From an uncultured Gemmatimonadales bacterium (GTDB taxonomy: Bacteria > Gemmatimonadota > Gemmatimonadetes > Gemmatimonadales > GWC2-71-9), in the NCBI GenBank assembly GCA_963728915.1, contig CAVSLV010000001.1:416001-480000 (forward strand): a DNA stretch of 64,000 nt, written 5' to 3'. How positions within the stretch are numbered: position 1 is the stretch's first letter; every line of letters begins with the position of its first letter. Below the pieces are notes generated by a model. It ran no database searches. It was not told the DNA's origin and worked only from the letters and a program-made list of their open reading frames with translations. Positions 40,822-50,507 of the stretch are shown here, in pieces. Both the position numbers and the translations under genes were made by a program.

Positions 40822-40854
40822 CGCGTGTTAGCTGACTATAAGATCTTATAGTCG
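40822..40854. repeat. Palindromic element, copy 2
   Basis: CGCGTGTTAGCTGACTATAAGATCTTATAGTCG; perfect 20-bp palindrome at 40834-40853. Confidence 0.7.
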
Positions 40855-40970
40855 CTGCCAAGAGTCACGAAAGCGGTTGTCATGCGATGCTGACTTGACG
40901 AATGCATGCTGGAGCGAGAGGTTCTAGCATTCCACGAGAAAGTGTGCCTCTCCGGTATCAGGAGCTCACA

Positions 40971-41510
40971 ATGAAATGTACGCCTCTAGGCCTCTTGCTT
41001 TTCTTGCTTGCCTCGTCAACGGGTCAAGTCGCCAATGCCCAGATGCACCCGCAAAGGCGTGCCGGATTCTGGTTTCAGGGAGGGTTGGGTTATGGGTCGC
41101 TTGGCTGCGACGGATGTGACGGCCGAGAGGGGGGGATAAGCGGTGGGCTTTCCCTTGGTGGGACGATCAGTCCCAAGTTCCTTCTGGGTGTCGGGACCAC
41201 CGGGTGGTATAAGTCCGAAGGCGGAGCAACTCTTACGGTTGGTACCCTCGACGCCCGGATCCGGTTCTACCCCTCAGCCACCGGGGGCTTCTTCTTGACG
41301 GGCGGCGCCGGACTTGGGACCATCAGCGCCGACGTAGCTGGACTCGGCAGCGACAGCGAAACCGGGTTCGGGCTAGTGCTCGGTTTGGGTTATGACTTCC
41401 GGGTTGGGGCAAATGTCAGCCTGACGCCCTTCTGGAATGGCTTTGCAATCAGGTCATCGAACTCGGATGCCAACGTCGGTCAGATTGGTCTCGCAATCAC
41501 CGTCCATTGA
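40971..41510 (+). CDS. Outer-membrane beta-barrel protein (small, 8-strand type)
   Basis: AGGAG RBS, signal peptide, alternating strands, GFFLTGGAGLG, LGYDFRV. Confidence 0.8.
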   Translation: MKCTPLGLLLFLLASSTGQVANAQMHPQRRAGFWFQGGLGYGSLGCDGCDGREGGISGGLSLGGTISPKFLLGVGTTGWYKSEGGATLTVGTLDARIRFYPSATGGFFLTGGAGLGTISADVAGLGSDSETGFGLVLGLGYDFRVGANVSLTPFWNGFAIRSSNSDANVGQIGLAITVH

Positions 41511-41598
41511 ATCTGTGTTTCGCCAGGTTGGAGCGGATGAGGAGGGTGTCGATGACTGCGGCAGCTAAATGTCGAGACTGAAAGCGAAGGAGGAGACC

Positions 41599-42525
41599 TT
41601 GAGAAGGATTTACTGGGGAGTAGGTGCGGCTTTTGCGGTTTTTGCCCTACTTGCAAGAGGAGCCGTTGCCCAGGATGAGAGCTCTGAGGGGAACAAATTG
41701 GGAAAGCTCTTGATAAGGGCGGCTCCGACAATTGTCGATGGAAAAGAGTTCCCCGACATCCGGCGTGAGCAAAGCGTCAAGGATCTGAAGTGGAAGCCCA
41801 GGAGGTTCTACCTAACGCTGAATGAAAATGATGCCGATTACCTACTCGTGGTTCTCGAACGTCGTGAGGTCGGTACCCAAAAGAACAGCAGGACGCTGTT
41901 CGCATCTCTGAGCATCCGACAGGGAGGGGTTTGGGTCCCGGCAGCAAGCCTCGAAAGTGGCCAGCAGGGCAGTTGGCCGGTGGCGGCGGAGAAAGTGACG
42001 GGACAAGCGGAAAAGTGGGTGATCAAGAACATCAATCCTAGCCCAATCAACCCGACATCAATAGGACCATGGCCTGCCGGATTCTATGTTCGCAAAGGCA
42101 AACCAAATGATTATGTCGAACTGACGCCAAGTGGGACTTTCTTCCTCCGCCAGTGGTTAACGAACAAGGAGGGTACATACAGGGTGTCGGGAGACACACT
42201 CAACCTTGCTGCTGGCGGGTGGAAGAACTCTCCTAAGATCTCTCAGGAAGCGATCACGGAGAACAATGGCGATGTCTGGACACGGGCGCCGGAAGGGCCT
42301 TCGAAGGGCGCTGATCCCGCGAAGGAGTCCCAAGCAGGGCCGGGGGAGGTCTCCGTAGACAAGATCATTGAGATGGTTCGGGCGAAAATATCTGATGACA
42401 TGATCATTCTGAGCATCCGGCAGTCCAACTCTCATTTCACCCTGACCCCAGATGTGATGCTACGCCTTAAGTCTGCCGGCGTCAGTGACACCGTGATCAA
42501 GGTGATGGCGAGCACCAAGCCCTAG
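41599..42525 (+). CDS. Secreted hypothetical protein
   Basis: GGAGGAG RBS plus TTG start, signal peptide AVA-Q, C-terminal helical LKSAGVSDTVIKVM motif. Confidence 0.7.
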   Translation: MRRIYWGVGAAFAVFALLARGAVAQDESSEGNKLGKLLIRAAPTIVDGKEFPDIRREQSVKDLKWKPRRFYLTLNENDADYLLVVLERREVGTQKNSRTLFASLSIRQGGVWVPAASLESGQQGSWPVAAEKVTGQAEKWVIKNINPSPINPTSIGPWPAGFYVRKGKPNDYVELTPSGTFFLRQWLTNKEGTYRVSGDTLNLAAGGWKNSPKISQEAITENNGDVWTRAPEGPSKGADPAKESQAGPGEVSVDKIIEMVRAKISDDMIILSIRQSNSHFTLTPDVMLRLKSAGVSDTVIKVMASTKP

Positions 42526-42897
42526 GATGCGGAACGTAAGCAGTGGGTGTGATTGCTGATGAGGTTGATCTCTGAGCCATAGCGATCCTGGTTGAGGGTG
42601 TCAGGCCATCACCGGCGAACGCCGGTGGACTCAATGAACCAGCACATGCTAGCAGACGACGTCCCGGGCGGAGCAGATGATCCATAGGATGGGGGCTGGG
42701 GGGCATGGGGTAACAGACCGGCGCAGCGGCCGACGGAGGTTGAAAAGGACTTGCTGAATCTCGTGAAATGACATGCAGCCTGGAGCAACCGGGCTTCTGA
42801 CCTGGACGCTGGCCTGCAAATCCAACATCCCTTTGCGTGTAGATCGTAGGTTCATTTGTCAAAGTGTCGAAACTGTGCTTCTCTTCTTCGAAGCGCC

Positions 42898-45800
42898 ATG
42901 GGCCGACTCCGAGGCGCTGTGTTAGCAGGGGCGGTCCTGGCCCTGTCTGTTGAAGCATGCGGTGGCGGACCGACCTCTTCTCCAGCTCCACCTCCTCCAC
43001 CGCCAGCCGTTGTCGCCACTATCGCAATTACGCCTGATACAATCAGGCTGGCCGTGGGTCAAACGATGCAGCTGACCGCAACCCTACGCGATCCGGCTGG
43101 CGGAATCATCACAGGAAGACTCGTCACATGGGCGAGTGACCTTCCTACCTCGGTATCGGTTTCCAACTCAGGTCTCGTTACGGGGGTAGCTGTGGGCGGG
43201 CCGGTTCACGTTACCGCTGCATCAGAGGGTAAGGACTCTCGTGCTGTGGCATACGTGACGGATGCGTCGACGGCGTTTGTCGTTGTGAGCCGGGACAGTC
43301 TGGGAAGCGATGCGCTCAACGCTCTTACGCTCGCGGGGGAGCGCCCGCTCAGCACCAACATTCCCACAGCAATTCCCACAGCAATGTTACCACTGCAAAA
43401 GGTTGTCTTCCTTGCGACGACGGGTGAGTTGCGTGGTGTAGCACTGTTTCGTTCCGGGGAGGCAGGAGACGGTTTCCTGATCGAGCCCGGCCTGGAGTCA
43501 ACGCTCCTAACTTGGCTGCTCGGTCCTTCTCTTGCAGGTAACCCGGGCATGGCCGCTAGCAGCGGGCTGCTTGCCGCGGTCCGATCCACCGCTTGTTACA
43601 GCCCTGCCCGACAGCGTTTCGCCGAATCAGTTCGTTCCCGCGGCCTAATGATCACCGCCCGGGACACGTCAGTTGTCGGTCAAATACTCCGGTGCCTTAC
43701 TCCTCCACCTAGTAGCCCGAGTGGGGCAAGGCTCAAGAGAGTCTCAAACATCGACCTATTGCCATACTATGGCGTAAGGGCATGGATAGAAACGGGCTCT
43801 GCTCCTCCACGTGCGTTCTTTGTGAACTACGGATACCGATATGTGGTCATTGCCAAGCACCGGTTGCTTGGTGAAACGGATCTCCTGGCCAACCCCAAAA
43901 CAAGCTTCTTTGCTCCTTACTTACTCGATGGAGTGGAAGGAGCTTCCCCCGGTAGCTTTCTTGGTTTCATTATCGGCAGTCCCTCAACCTATTCCAACCA
44001 ACTTTCTCAATCTGATGAGTTGGAGGGCGTGATCTACTGCACGATCGGGTTCGGACGTCGCGTTGGAGAGGCTTGCCCGTTCACAGTTGATGAGGCAGCC
44101 CTTCGGAAACAAAGTTTTCACGTGTCGCTCATTAACTATCTCCTTCTCCCTGCCATTGACGTCCTTCCGGGACTGGACGAATTGGTAACGAGTGAATTTG
44201 ACGGTCTCGAGCCATCCATCGATTTTGGCAACTGCGGGGAAGATGACATCCCGGCGTGTGTTGACGTCATGTGGGATGTCGGAAAGACCCTTGTAGAAGC
44301 TGCCCTTCAAACACCGGCTGGCCAGGTCTGGCTTGTCCAGCATGGCCTTACTGCTGCCCGCGTGCTCTCGATTTACCTCGCCGAAGCCGTATTCAACGTC
44401 AGCTTCAACCTGACCGGTCTCGTCCTCACCTATGTCGATGCAGAAAAGACTCAGGTTCTGCGATCGCCTCCTTTTCAAAGCGGTAGTATCGTTGTCACGC
44501 CAGCTTCCCCGTCCTTCAATGCGTCCTCCGGTGGCGCCGTGCCTCCCAGTGTCGGCCTGGCGGTTACGAATGGCGGGAGTGGCACCCTCAGCGGGCTTTC
44601 GCTTGGCGCGATCAGCTATGGGCAGGGTGAGACGACGGGATGGCTTGGAACTGCATCCCTGAGCGGAAGCACTGCCCCGACGACGTTGACGCTACGACCT
44701 AGTACCACCAACCTCAGTCCAGGCACGTACCATGCGACCCTCTCCATTAGTGCGACCGGCAATGTGCAGAACAGTCCCCTCGATCTCGCAATTACCTATA
44801 CCATTTCGCAGCCGTCGCCGCTGGGAGAAATTGCGAATGGAGAGACTCGTGCTGGCGCAATCATTGGAGCAGGCCAGACGGATACATACTCTTTCGGGGC
44901 GAACCAGGGGGATGCCATCGTGGTTAGCATCGGGGCGGTCGCCCCGACCGTAGGCTTCAGTCCGTGGATTCGGGTCTACTCCCCTAGTGGGACCCTGCTC
45001 AGGTTTGGCATCGGGGATGCTGCCGCCGAATTGGAAACGACCGCGCCGAGCACTGGCACCTACACGGTGGTGGTCGGCAGCGCCGATATCGGCAATGACG
45101 GCACGGGGGACTACCTACTCACGCTTGTGAAGACGCCCGGGCCCTACACGGTCTCTCCGGGTGACCAAGGGGGACCCCTTACCAATGGGGCTACGCATTC
45201 CGGGCACATCTACGTTGGGGATTCGGATGCCTGGACCTTCCCGGCGAACCAGGGGGATGCCATCGTGGTCAGTATCGGGGCGGTCGCCCCGACCGTAGGC
45301 TTCAGTCCGTGGATTCGGGTCTACTCCCCTAGTGGGATCCTGCTCAGGTTTGGCATCGGGGATGCTGCCGCCGAATTGGAAACGACCGCGCCGAGCACTG
45401 GCACCTACACGGTGGTGGTCGGCAGCGCCGATATCGGCAATGACGGCACGGGGGACTACCTACTCACGCTTGTGAAGACGCCCGGGCCCTACACGGTCTC
45501 TCCGGGTGACCAAGGGGGACCCCTTACCAATGGGGCCACGGATTCCGGGCACATCTACGTTGGGGATTCGGATGCCTGGACCTTCCCGGCGAACCAAGGG
45601 GATGCCATCGTGGTTAGCATCGGGGCGGTCGCCCCGACCGTAGGCTTCAGTCCGTGGATTCGGGTCTACTCCCCTAGTGGGACCCTGCTCAGGTTTGGCA
45701 TCGGGGATGCTGCCGCCGAATTGGAAACGACCGCGCCGAGCACTGGCACCTACACGGTGGTGGTCGGCAGCGCCGATATCGGCAATGACGGCACGGGGGA

Positions 45801-46359
45801 CTACCTACTCACGCTTGTGAAGACGCCCGGGCCCTACACGGTCTCTCCGGGTGACCAAGGGGGACCCCTTACCAATGGGGCTACGCATTCCGGGCACATC
45901 TACGTTGGGGATTCGGATGCCTGGACCTTCCCGGCGAACCAGGGGGATGCCATCGTGGTCAGTATCGGGGCGGTCGCCCCGACCGTAGGCTTCAGTCCGT
46001 GGATTCGGGTCTACTCCCCTAGTGGGATCCTGCTCAGGTTTGGCATCGGGGATGCTGCCGCCGAATTGGAAACGACCGCGCCGAGCACTGGCACCTACAC
46101 GGTGGTGGTCGGCAGCGCCGATGTCGGCAACGACGGCACGGGAAACTACCTCCTTACACTGGCCGTTACTGGCGCTAGCGGAGGCCCCGGGGCGAAATAT
46201 CCCGCGGCAGGCCGTCCCGACGATTTGATGCCCCATCCAGTATCGAGCTGGAGTTCTTACTCCACCTTCGTAACCCGCTGTGCTCTGGGACAACGTCGGC
46301 ACCCTCCAGCCAGTCGAGACTGCCGTAAATCTTCGGAGGCGGTAGCGGGTCGAATGTGA
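42898..46359 (+). CDS. Large surface lipoprotein with Ig-like (Big_2-like) domain and four PPC-like repeats
   Basis: Lipobox VEAC, poly-Pro linker, Big_2-like VTWASD...VSVSNSGLVTGVA, four near-identical 115-aa units. Confidence 0.8.
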   Translation: MGRLRGAVLAGAVLALSVEACGGGPTSSPAPPPPPPAVVATIAITPDTIRLAVGQTMQLTATLRDPAGGIITGRLVTWASDLPTSVSVSNSGLVTGVAVGGPVHVTAASEGKDSRAVAYVTDASTAFVVVSRDSLGSDALNALTLAGERPLSTNIPTAIPTAMLPLQKVVFLATTGELRGVALFRSGEAGDGFLIEPGLESTLLTWLLGPSLAGNPGMAASSGLLAAVRSTACYSPARQRFAESVRSRGLMITARDTSVVGQILRCLTPPPSSPSGARLKRVSNIDLLPYYGVRAWIETGSAPPRAFFVNYGYRYVVIAKHRLLGETDLLANPKTSFFAPYLLDGVEGASPGSFLGFIIGSPSTYSNQLSQSDELEGVIYCTIGFGRRVGEACPFTVDEAALRKQSFHVSLINYLLLPAIDVLPGLDELVTSEFDGLEPSIDFGNCGEDDIPACVDVMWDVGKTLVEAALQTPAGQVWLVQHGLTAARVLSIYLAEAVFNVSFNLTGLVLTYVDAEKTQVLRSPPFQSGSIVVTPASPSFNASSGGAVPPSVGLAVTNGGSGTLSGLSLGAISYGQGETTGWLGTASLSGSTAPTTLTLRPSTTNLSPGTYHATLSISATGNVQNSPLDLAITYTISQPSPLGEIANGETRAGAIIGAGQTDTYSFGANQGDAIVVSIGAVAPTVGFSPWIRVYSPSGTLLRFGIGDAAAELETTAPSTGTYTVVVGSADIGNDGTGDYLLTLVKTPGPYTVSPGDQGGPLTNGATHSGHIYVGDSDAWTFPANQGDAIVVSIGAVAPTVGFSPWIRVYSPSGILLRFGIGDAAAELETTAPSTGTYTVVVGSADIGNDGTGDYLLTLVKTPGPYTVSPGDQGGPLTNGATDSGHIYVGDSDAWTFPANQGDAIVVSIGAVAPTVGFSPWIRVYSPSGTLLRFGIGDAAAELETTAPSTGTYTVVVGSADIGNDGTGDYLLTLVKTPGPYTVSPGDQGGPLTNGATHSGHIYVGDSDAWTFPANQGDAIVVSIGAVAPTVGFSPWIRVYSPSGILLRFGIGDAAAELETTAPSTGTYTVVVGSADVGNDGTGNYLLTLAVTGASGGPGAKYPAAGRPDDLMPHPVSSWSSYSTFVTRCALGQRRHPPASRDCRKSSEAVAGRM
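44898..46155 (+). repeat. Intragenic tandem repeat, 345-bp unit, about 3.6 copies
   Basis: GCCATCGTGG recurs at 44914, 45259, 45604 and 45949. Confidence 0.95.
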
Positions 46360-46423
46360 CATACTACCAGAACCAGTAGCACTTATCGCGTGCATGTCTC
46401 CATTCACCTCTGGAGGGGGAAAA

Positions 46424-46870
46424 GTGGTTTTCAGACACCGGAAGGTCCTCCCGATTGCTTTTGTTGCCATCACAGTGCTTGTCCCCAGCGTCCTTATGGC
46501 CCAGAAGATCGACAAGAAATCCGGTCGCCCCTATTGGAACGTTTTTCCGCGAGGCGGCGATTCGCAGCTTCCGAGCGATATTCCGATGACGCTCATGATG
46601 ACGGACTCAACGCTCGAACTGCGTTGGAAAAGCAGCCGGGACGAGCCGGCGGATTATGTGATCCCCATTCGGATGATCGTCGAAACCTCTGGACGAAGCA
46701 ATCGAGTCGGTGGTAGTCTGACGAACTGGGCAAGCGGGGAAGAGAGTATCACCATCGTCTATGAGCATGAGAAGGATGCTGAAGCTCCGCTCTTCAAGAC
46801 GGATGTCGGCGATAGCGCACAAATTGCTGCTCGGATTCGCTTTAGAATGCGCAAACTCGGGATTACCTAG
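46424..46870 (+). CDS. Secreted hypothetical protein
   Basis: GGAGG RBS, GTG start, signal peptide. Confidence 0.65.
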   Translation: MVFRHRKVLPIAFVAITVLVPSVLMAQKIDKKSGRPYWNVFPRGGDSQLPSDIPMTLMMTDSTLELRWKSSRDEPADYVIPIRMIVETSGRSNRVGGSLTNWASGEESITIVYEHEKDAEAPLFKTDVGDSAQIAARIRFRMRKLGIT

Positions 46871-46985
46871 GCGAAGAATGGTCTGCCCCCGCTCGATCGG
46901 ACTCAAGGCTCACCCAAGGCGGTAGCCCGCGATGAGTCGTATGGGAACGCGTCGCCGCCTATTACCGGACCGCAACCGTGAGAGG

Positions 46986-47280
46986 CCGGATTTTGGGGCA
47001 TGCTGGCCATGCCAGGGCTCAGCTCGTTCCATGGGCACATCGACCGGGTCAATCGCGACAACTCGTACGACGCGAGACGGGAGTACGACAAGGACCTTGC
47101 TGCCGCCCGGGAACGGGTCGCGAGGTTTGTCGGGGCCAAGCCCACCGAGATCGCCTTCACCGGCGGAGCCACGGAGGCCCTTCAGCCGCCCCATGATCCA
47201 GTACAAGCCGGTGGGGCGCGGGTGACGCGGTGATCTCGACTACAGCTTCATGCAGCTCGCCATGAACGCCCTCGCTTTCG
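46986..47280 (+). pseudogene. Remnant of a class V aminotransferase
   Basis: GFWGMLAMP...IDRVNRDNSY..ARERVARFVGAKPTEIAFTGGATEALQ, then DLDYSFMQLAMNA in another frame; no start or C-terminal half. Confidence 0.6.
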
Positions 47281-47523
47281 CTGGAGCGCAACAAGTCGGT
47301 CACCATACCGCACCGCGTGCTGGACAATCCGCTCGGCATGATGGTCGCCAGCTTCCTCCGGCCCGGGCGTCCCTCGCCGATGTCACCCTGTCGCTCTCGC
47401 CCTACGAGATCGGCCGGGAGCGCCTCGTGTTCGCGATCCGCGACTACGACTTGGGGACCGGGTGCTGACGTCGGCCAGACCTGAGATCTGGGCCCCCGCT
47501 TGCCCCGCCAATCTCTGTGGCCT

Positions 47524-47546
47524 ATATATGTGGTAGTCACATATAT
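47524..47546. promoter_or_regulatory. Perfect 9-5-9 inverted repeat, candidate PadR operator
   Basis: ATATATGTG-GTAGT-CACATATAT overlapping the ATG at 47545. Confidence 0.7.
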
Positions 47547-47892
47547 GGGAGCCAACAGGATGAGCGACCGCGAGTGGAAAAAGGGCAGCGCCGAGCTCCT
47601 CATCCTGTCCCTGCTCCGGCACGAGGCCCGCCACGGCTACGAGCTCAACAAGCTGATCGAGGCCCGCTCCAAGGGCGTCCTCCGCTTCCACGTCGCCTCG
47701 CTCTACCCGCTGCTCTACCGGCTGGAACAACGCGGCCTCATCGCCGGGACCTGGGTCGAGAAGCCCGGCCAGCGCCGCCGCCGGTTCTACCGGCTCACCA
47801 TGAAGGGCCGCAAAGTGTTGGAACAGCAGAAGAAGAGCTGGAGTGCCGTCACCCAGGCTATCGGGCGGATCGTCGCAGGGCAGCATGCCTGA
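47545..47892 (+). CDS. PadR family transcriptional regulator
   Basis: [34 protein letters not shown]. Confidence 0.93.
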   Translation: MGANRMSDREWKKGSAELLILSLLRHEARHGYELNKLIEARSKGVLRFHVASLYPLLYRLEQRGLIAGTWVEKPGQRRRRFYRLTMKGRKVLEQQKKSWSAVTQAIGRIVAGQHA

Positions 47893-48750
47893 CTGGCGCA
47901 AGGAGCTCGAGGTCCGCCTCGCCGGGCTCGACCTGTCCCCGCTCCAGCACGCGGAGATCCTCGAAGAGCTGTCGCAGCATCTGGAGGACCGCTATCAGGA
48001 TCTCCTGAGCCGCGGCGTCCAGGCCGCCCTTGCCCGGGGAACCGCCCTCGAAGAGCTCCAGGAAAGTCCGACCCTTCAGGGCGCCCTCGCCCAGATGGAA
48101 CCCCGCGCCCCCAAACCCGCGGTGCCGGTCGGCGGCCAGGGCGGGGAAGGGTGGCTCGGCCGCCTGGCCCAGGATCTTCGCTTCGGCCTCCGCCTCCTCC
48201 GCACCCGGCCCGGGTTCACCCTGGTCGCGGCGCTCACCCTCGCCCTCGGCATCGGCGCCAACACCGCGATCTTCAGCACGGTCCACGCGGTCCTGCTCCG
48301 CCCGCTGCCGTATCCCGAATCGGACCGGCTGGTGACCTTCTGGGGCACCGCCCCGGAAAAGCGCCTCCCGGTGGTGACCTACCCCGATGCCATGTTCCTC
48401 TACTTCCAGGACCACGCTCGGAGCTTTGAGTCGGTGGCCGCCTGGACCGCCGGAAGCGTGGCGCTCTCCGGCGACGGCGAGCCGGAACGGGTCCGGACCA
48501 CCTGGGTCTCGCGCGATTTCTTCAAGGTGATGTGGCAAACCTCGCGATCCTGAGCCACGATCTCTGGCAGCGCCGCTTCCGCGGGCGGCGAGACCTGGTC
48601 GGCGCCTCGATCCTGGTCGGCGAGCAGCCCGTCATTGTGGTCGGTACCCCGGTCGAGGCGGACTCGGTCACCTCGATCACGTCGTTTCGCTGGCACGTCA
48701 AGATCGCGTTTTCTTGTTTGGTTTCGCGGTACAACGGTCCAACCTTCTGA
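47885..48750 (+). pseudogene. Truncated ADOP-type ABC permease
   Basis: [11 protein letters not shown] prefix, [13 protein letters not shown]; frameshift with internal deletion at ~48535; similarity ends at ~48645 (intact paralogs in this window are ~800 aa). Confidence 0.8.
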
Positions 48751-48774
48751 CCGGGCGAAGTGGATTGTGGCCGG

Positions 48775-48969
48775 ATGCCTCCACGGATCCGGGATATCAT
48801 TCGCAGGCTCGAAGAGGATGGCTGGTATCTTGACCGGACCAGGGGCAGCCACCGACAATTCAGGCACCCGGCAAAGGCCGGGGTTGTCACGGTGGCAGGG
48901 AAGGAAGGCGACGAGGTAAGGGTAGGAACCTTCAAGAGCATCCTGAAGCAAGCGAGGCTTGAGCCATGA
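48775..48969 (+). CDS. hicA: HicA family toxin
   Basis: LEEDGW, RGSHRQFRHP, VTV, GTFKSILKQA. Confidence 0.9.
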   Translation: MPPRIRDIIRRLEEDGWYLDRTRGSHRQFRHPAKAGVVTVAGKEGDEVRVGTFKSILKQARLEP

Positions 48970-49178
48970 AAGTCCTGATCATCGTCGAGGAGACCGGTAC
49001 CGGTTTTTCTGCCTATGCCCCGGATTTTCCCGGATGCATCGCCACAGGGGCGACCCGGGAGGACGTCGAGCAGGAGATGCGGGCGGCGATGGAGCTACAC
49101 CTCGAGGGCCTCCGGGCTTTGGGCACGATCTTCCCCGAAATCAGCTCCTACGCCACGATCGTTGAGGTTGCCGCGTAG
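48966..49178 (+). CDS. hicB: HicB family antitoxin
   Basis: ATGA overlap; FSAYAPDFPGCIATGATREDV...AMELHLEGL. Confidence 0.9.
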   Translation: MKVLIIVEETGTGFSAYAPDFPGCIATGATREDVEQEMRAAMELHLEGLRALGTIFPEISSYATIVEVAA

Positions 49179-49188
49179 CGAAAGGCCG

Positions 49189-49297
49189 ACCGTTCCGAGC
49201 TCCTTCCCTTCCATCGGCGAGGAGGAAAAGCGCGAGGTCCTCGATACGCTCTCCTCCGGCTCGCTCACCCACCGGGAACAAGACCAAGCGGTTCGCC
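49189..49297 (+). pseudogene. N-terminal remnant of a DegT/DnrJ/EryC1/StrS aminotransferase
   Basis: PSIGEEEKREVLDTLSSGSLT followed by frameshifted TG.KTKRF, resembling the family N-terminus. Confidence 0.5.
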
Positions 49298-49363
49298 ACC
49301 GAGGCCATCCAGCGACTGTTCCTCCACTACAAGTCAGCGGTGGTTGGCATCCCGGGCCGGCGC

Positions 49364-49397
49364 TTGACATGCAGAATGACTATTTGCATGTTATGCA
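49364..49397 (+). promoter_or_regulatory. Candidate promoter/operator of the FitA-VapC pair
   Basis: TTGACA at 49364 with overlapping CATGCA...TGCATG and TGCAT-GTT-ATGCA symmetry. Confidence 0.45.
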
Positions 49398-49398
49398 C

Positions 49399-49629
49399 AT
49401 GTCCAAGATGATTCAGATTCGCCACGTCCCCGACCCGCTGCACCGCACTCTGAAGGCGCGGGCGGCGCTCGCCGGCATGGCTCTCTCCGACTACCTCCGG
49501 GCCGAGCTGGAGCAGGTGGCCGCTCGACCCACCGTCGCCGAGCTCCGGGAACGGCTGAAGCGGCTCGAACCGGTCGCGGTTCGGGAGCGGCCTGCCCGGG
49601 CCGTGCGCGCCGAGCGGGACCGCGGTTGA
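49399..49629 (+). CDS. FitA-like ribbon-helix-helix antitoxin
   Basis: IQIRHVPDPLHRTLKARAALAGMALSDYL. Confidence 0.85.
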   Translation: MSKMIQIRHVPDPLHRTLKARAALAGMALSDYLRAELEQVAARPTVAELRERLKRLEPVAVRERPARAVRAERDRG

Positions 49630-50018
49630 TCGTTCCGGACGCTTCGGCGATTCTCGAGGTCCTGCTCCAGACTCCTGCCGCGGAGCCGGTGGAAGCCCGG
49701 CTGTTCGACCAGTCGGAGAGCTTGCATGCTCCTTACCTGCTCGATATCGAGGTCGCCCAGGTTCTGCGTCGCTATGTGGCCCGGCGTGAGCTGATGGCTC
49801 GCCGGGGCGAGGAGGCGCTGGAAGTTCTCGCGGCGTTCCCGTTGGCCCGCTATCCCCACGAGCCCCTCCTCCCCAGAGTCTGGGCCCTGCGGACCAACCT
49901 CTCGGCCTACGATGCCGCCTATGTGGCGCTGGCGGAGGCGCTAGGGGCGACCCTGCTGACCCGGGACCGCCGCCTGGCGGCCGCGCCGGGGCACTCCGCC
50001 CGGGTGGAAGTGATCTGA
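49626..50018 (+). CDS. vapC: VapC family PIN-domain toxin
   Basis: DASA, DIEV, SAYDAAYVALAE, LLTRD. Confidence 0.92.
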   Translation: MIVPDASAILEVLLQTPAAEPVEARLFDQSESLHAPYLLDIEVAQVLRRYVARRELMARRGEEALEVLAAFPLARYPHEPLLPRVWALRTNLSAYDAAYVALAEALGATLLTRDRRLAAAPGHSARVEVI

Positions 50019-50064
50019 GAGAAAATGAAGGGCGCCGCGTGTTCTTCTGATCCGTTAGGTCTGG

Positions 50065-50271
50065 TCAGCCCGAAGAGTATGGAAGGTTCGTGGTATCCAC
50101 TCGGGAAAGATCGAGAAGCTGACTTGCCTTCTCGATATCGATCCCAACCACTGCTCCGCGCTCATCCAGGTCGAGCACGATCCCGGGGCGGACCTCCTCG
50201 GCATCAGCGCCGGGGCGCTCAGCGAGTTCGATGTAAAGTGAGTCGGTTTCCGGGAAGTAGTTGAGCTTCAT
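50065..50271 (-). CDS. DUF2283-like putative antitoxin
   Basis: YFPETDSLYIEL, VLDLDERGAVVGIDIE.AS. Confidence 0.85.
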   Translation of the reverse strand: MKLNYFPETDSLYIELAERPGADAEEVRPGIVLDLDERGAVVGIDIEKASQLLDLSRVDTTNLPYSSG

Positions 50272-50507
50272 GGCTCTGGTACCTCAAATCCTCGATCCGG
50301 GAACGCATTGTGAACCGTCTCGCCATCCGGAAGCGTGACGACCCGGAGGTAGCGTTTCAGCTCCCCAATATACCCCCAGCGTCGGATCCGTCCGTCGCCC
50401 TGGCCCTCCCGGTGCTCGGGCGCTCGGAGTACCTGCTCGATCCAGTCGAGCTTGAGGTAGGGGCGCCGGCCGAGGACAACAAATTGGAAGTACCGGGTGG
50501 TCTTCAC
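50268..50507 (-). CDS. Small RelE/DUF4258-like putative toxin
   Basis: AGGT RBS plus GTG, ATGA overlap with the DUF2283 gene; WIEQVL..P, DGRIRRW, YLRVVTL.DGETVHNAFPDR. Confidence 0.65.
   Translation of the reverse strand: MKTTRYFQFVVLGRRPYLKLDWIEQVLRAPEHREGQGDGRIRRWGYIGELKRYLRVVTLPDGETVHNAFPDRGFEVPEP

Noticed and set aside
42526..42897. Possible ncRNA or riboswitch in the long intergenic gaps (also 40522-40970 and 57476-57685)
   Set aside because: No recognisable family motif by eye; an Rfam/Infernal scan would be needed
44898..46155. Possible CRISPR array
   Set aside because: 345-bp in-frame coding repeats with no unique spacers; no cas genes
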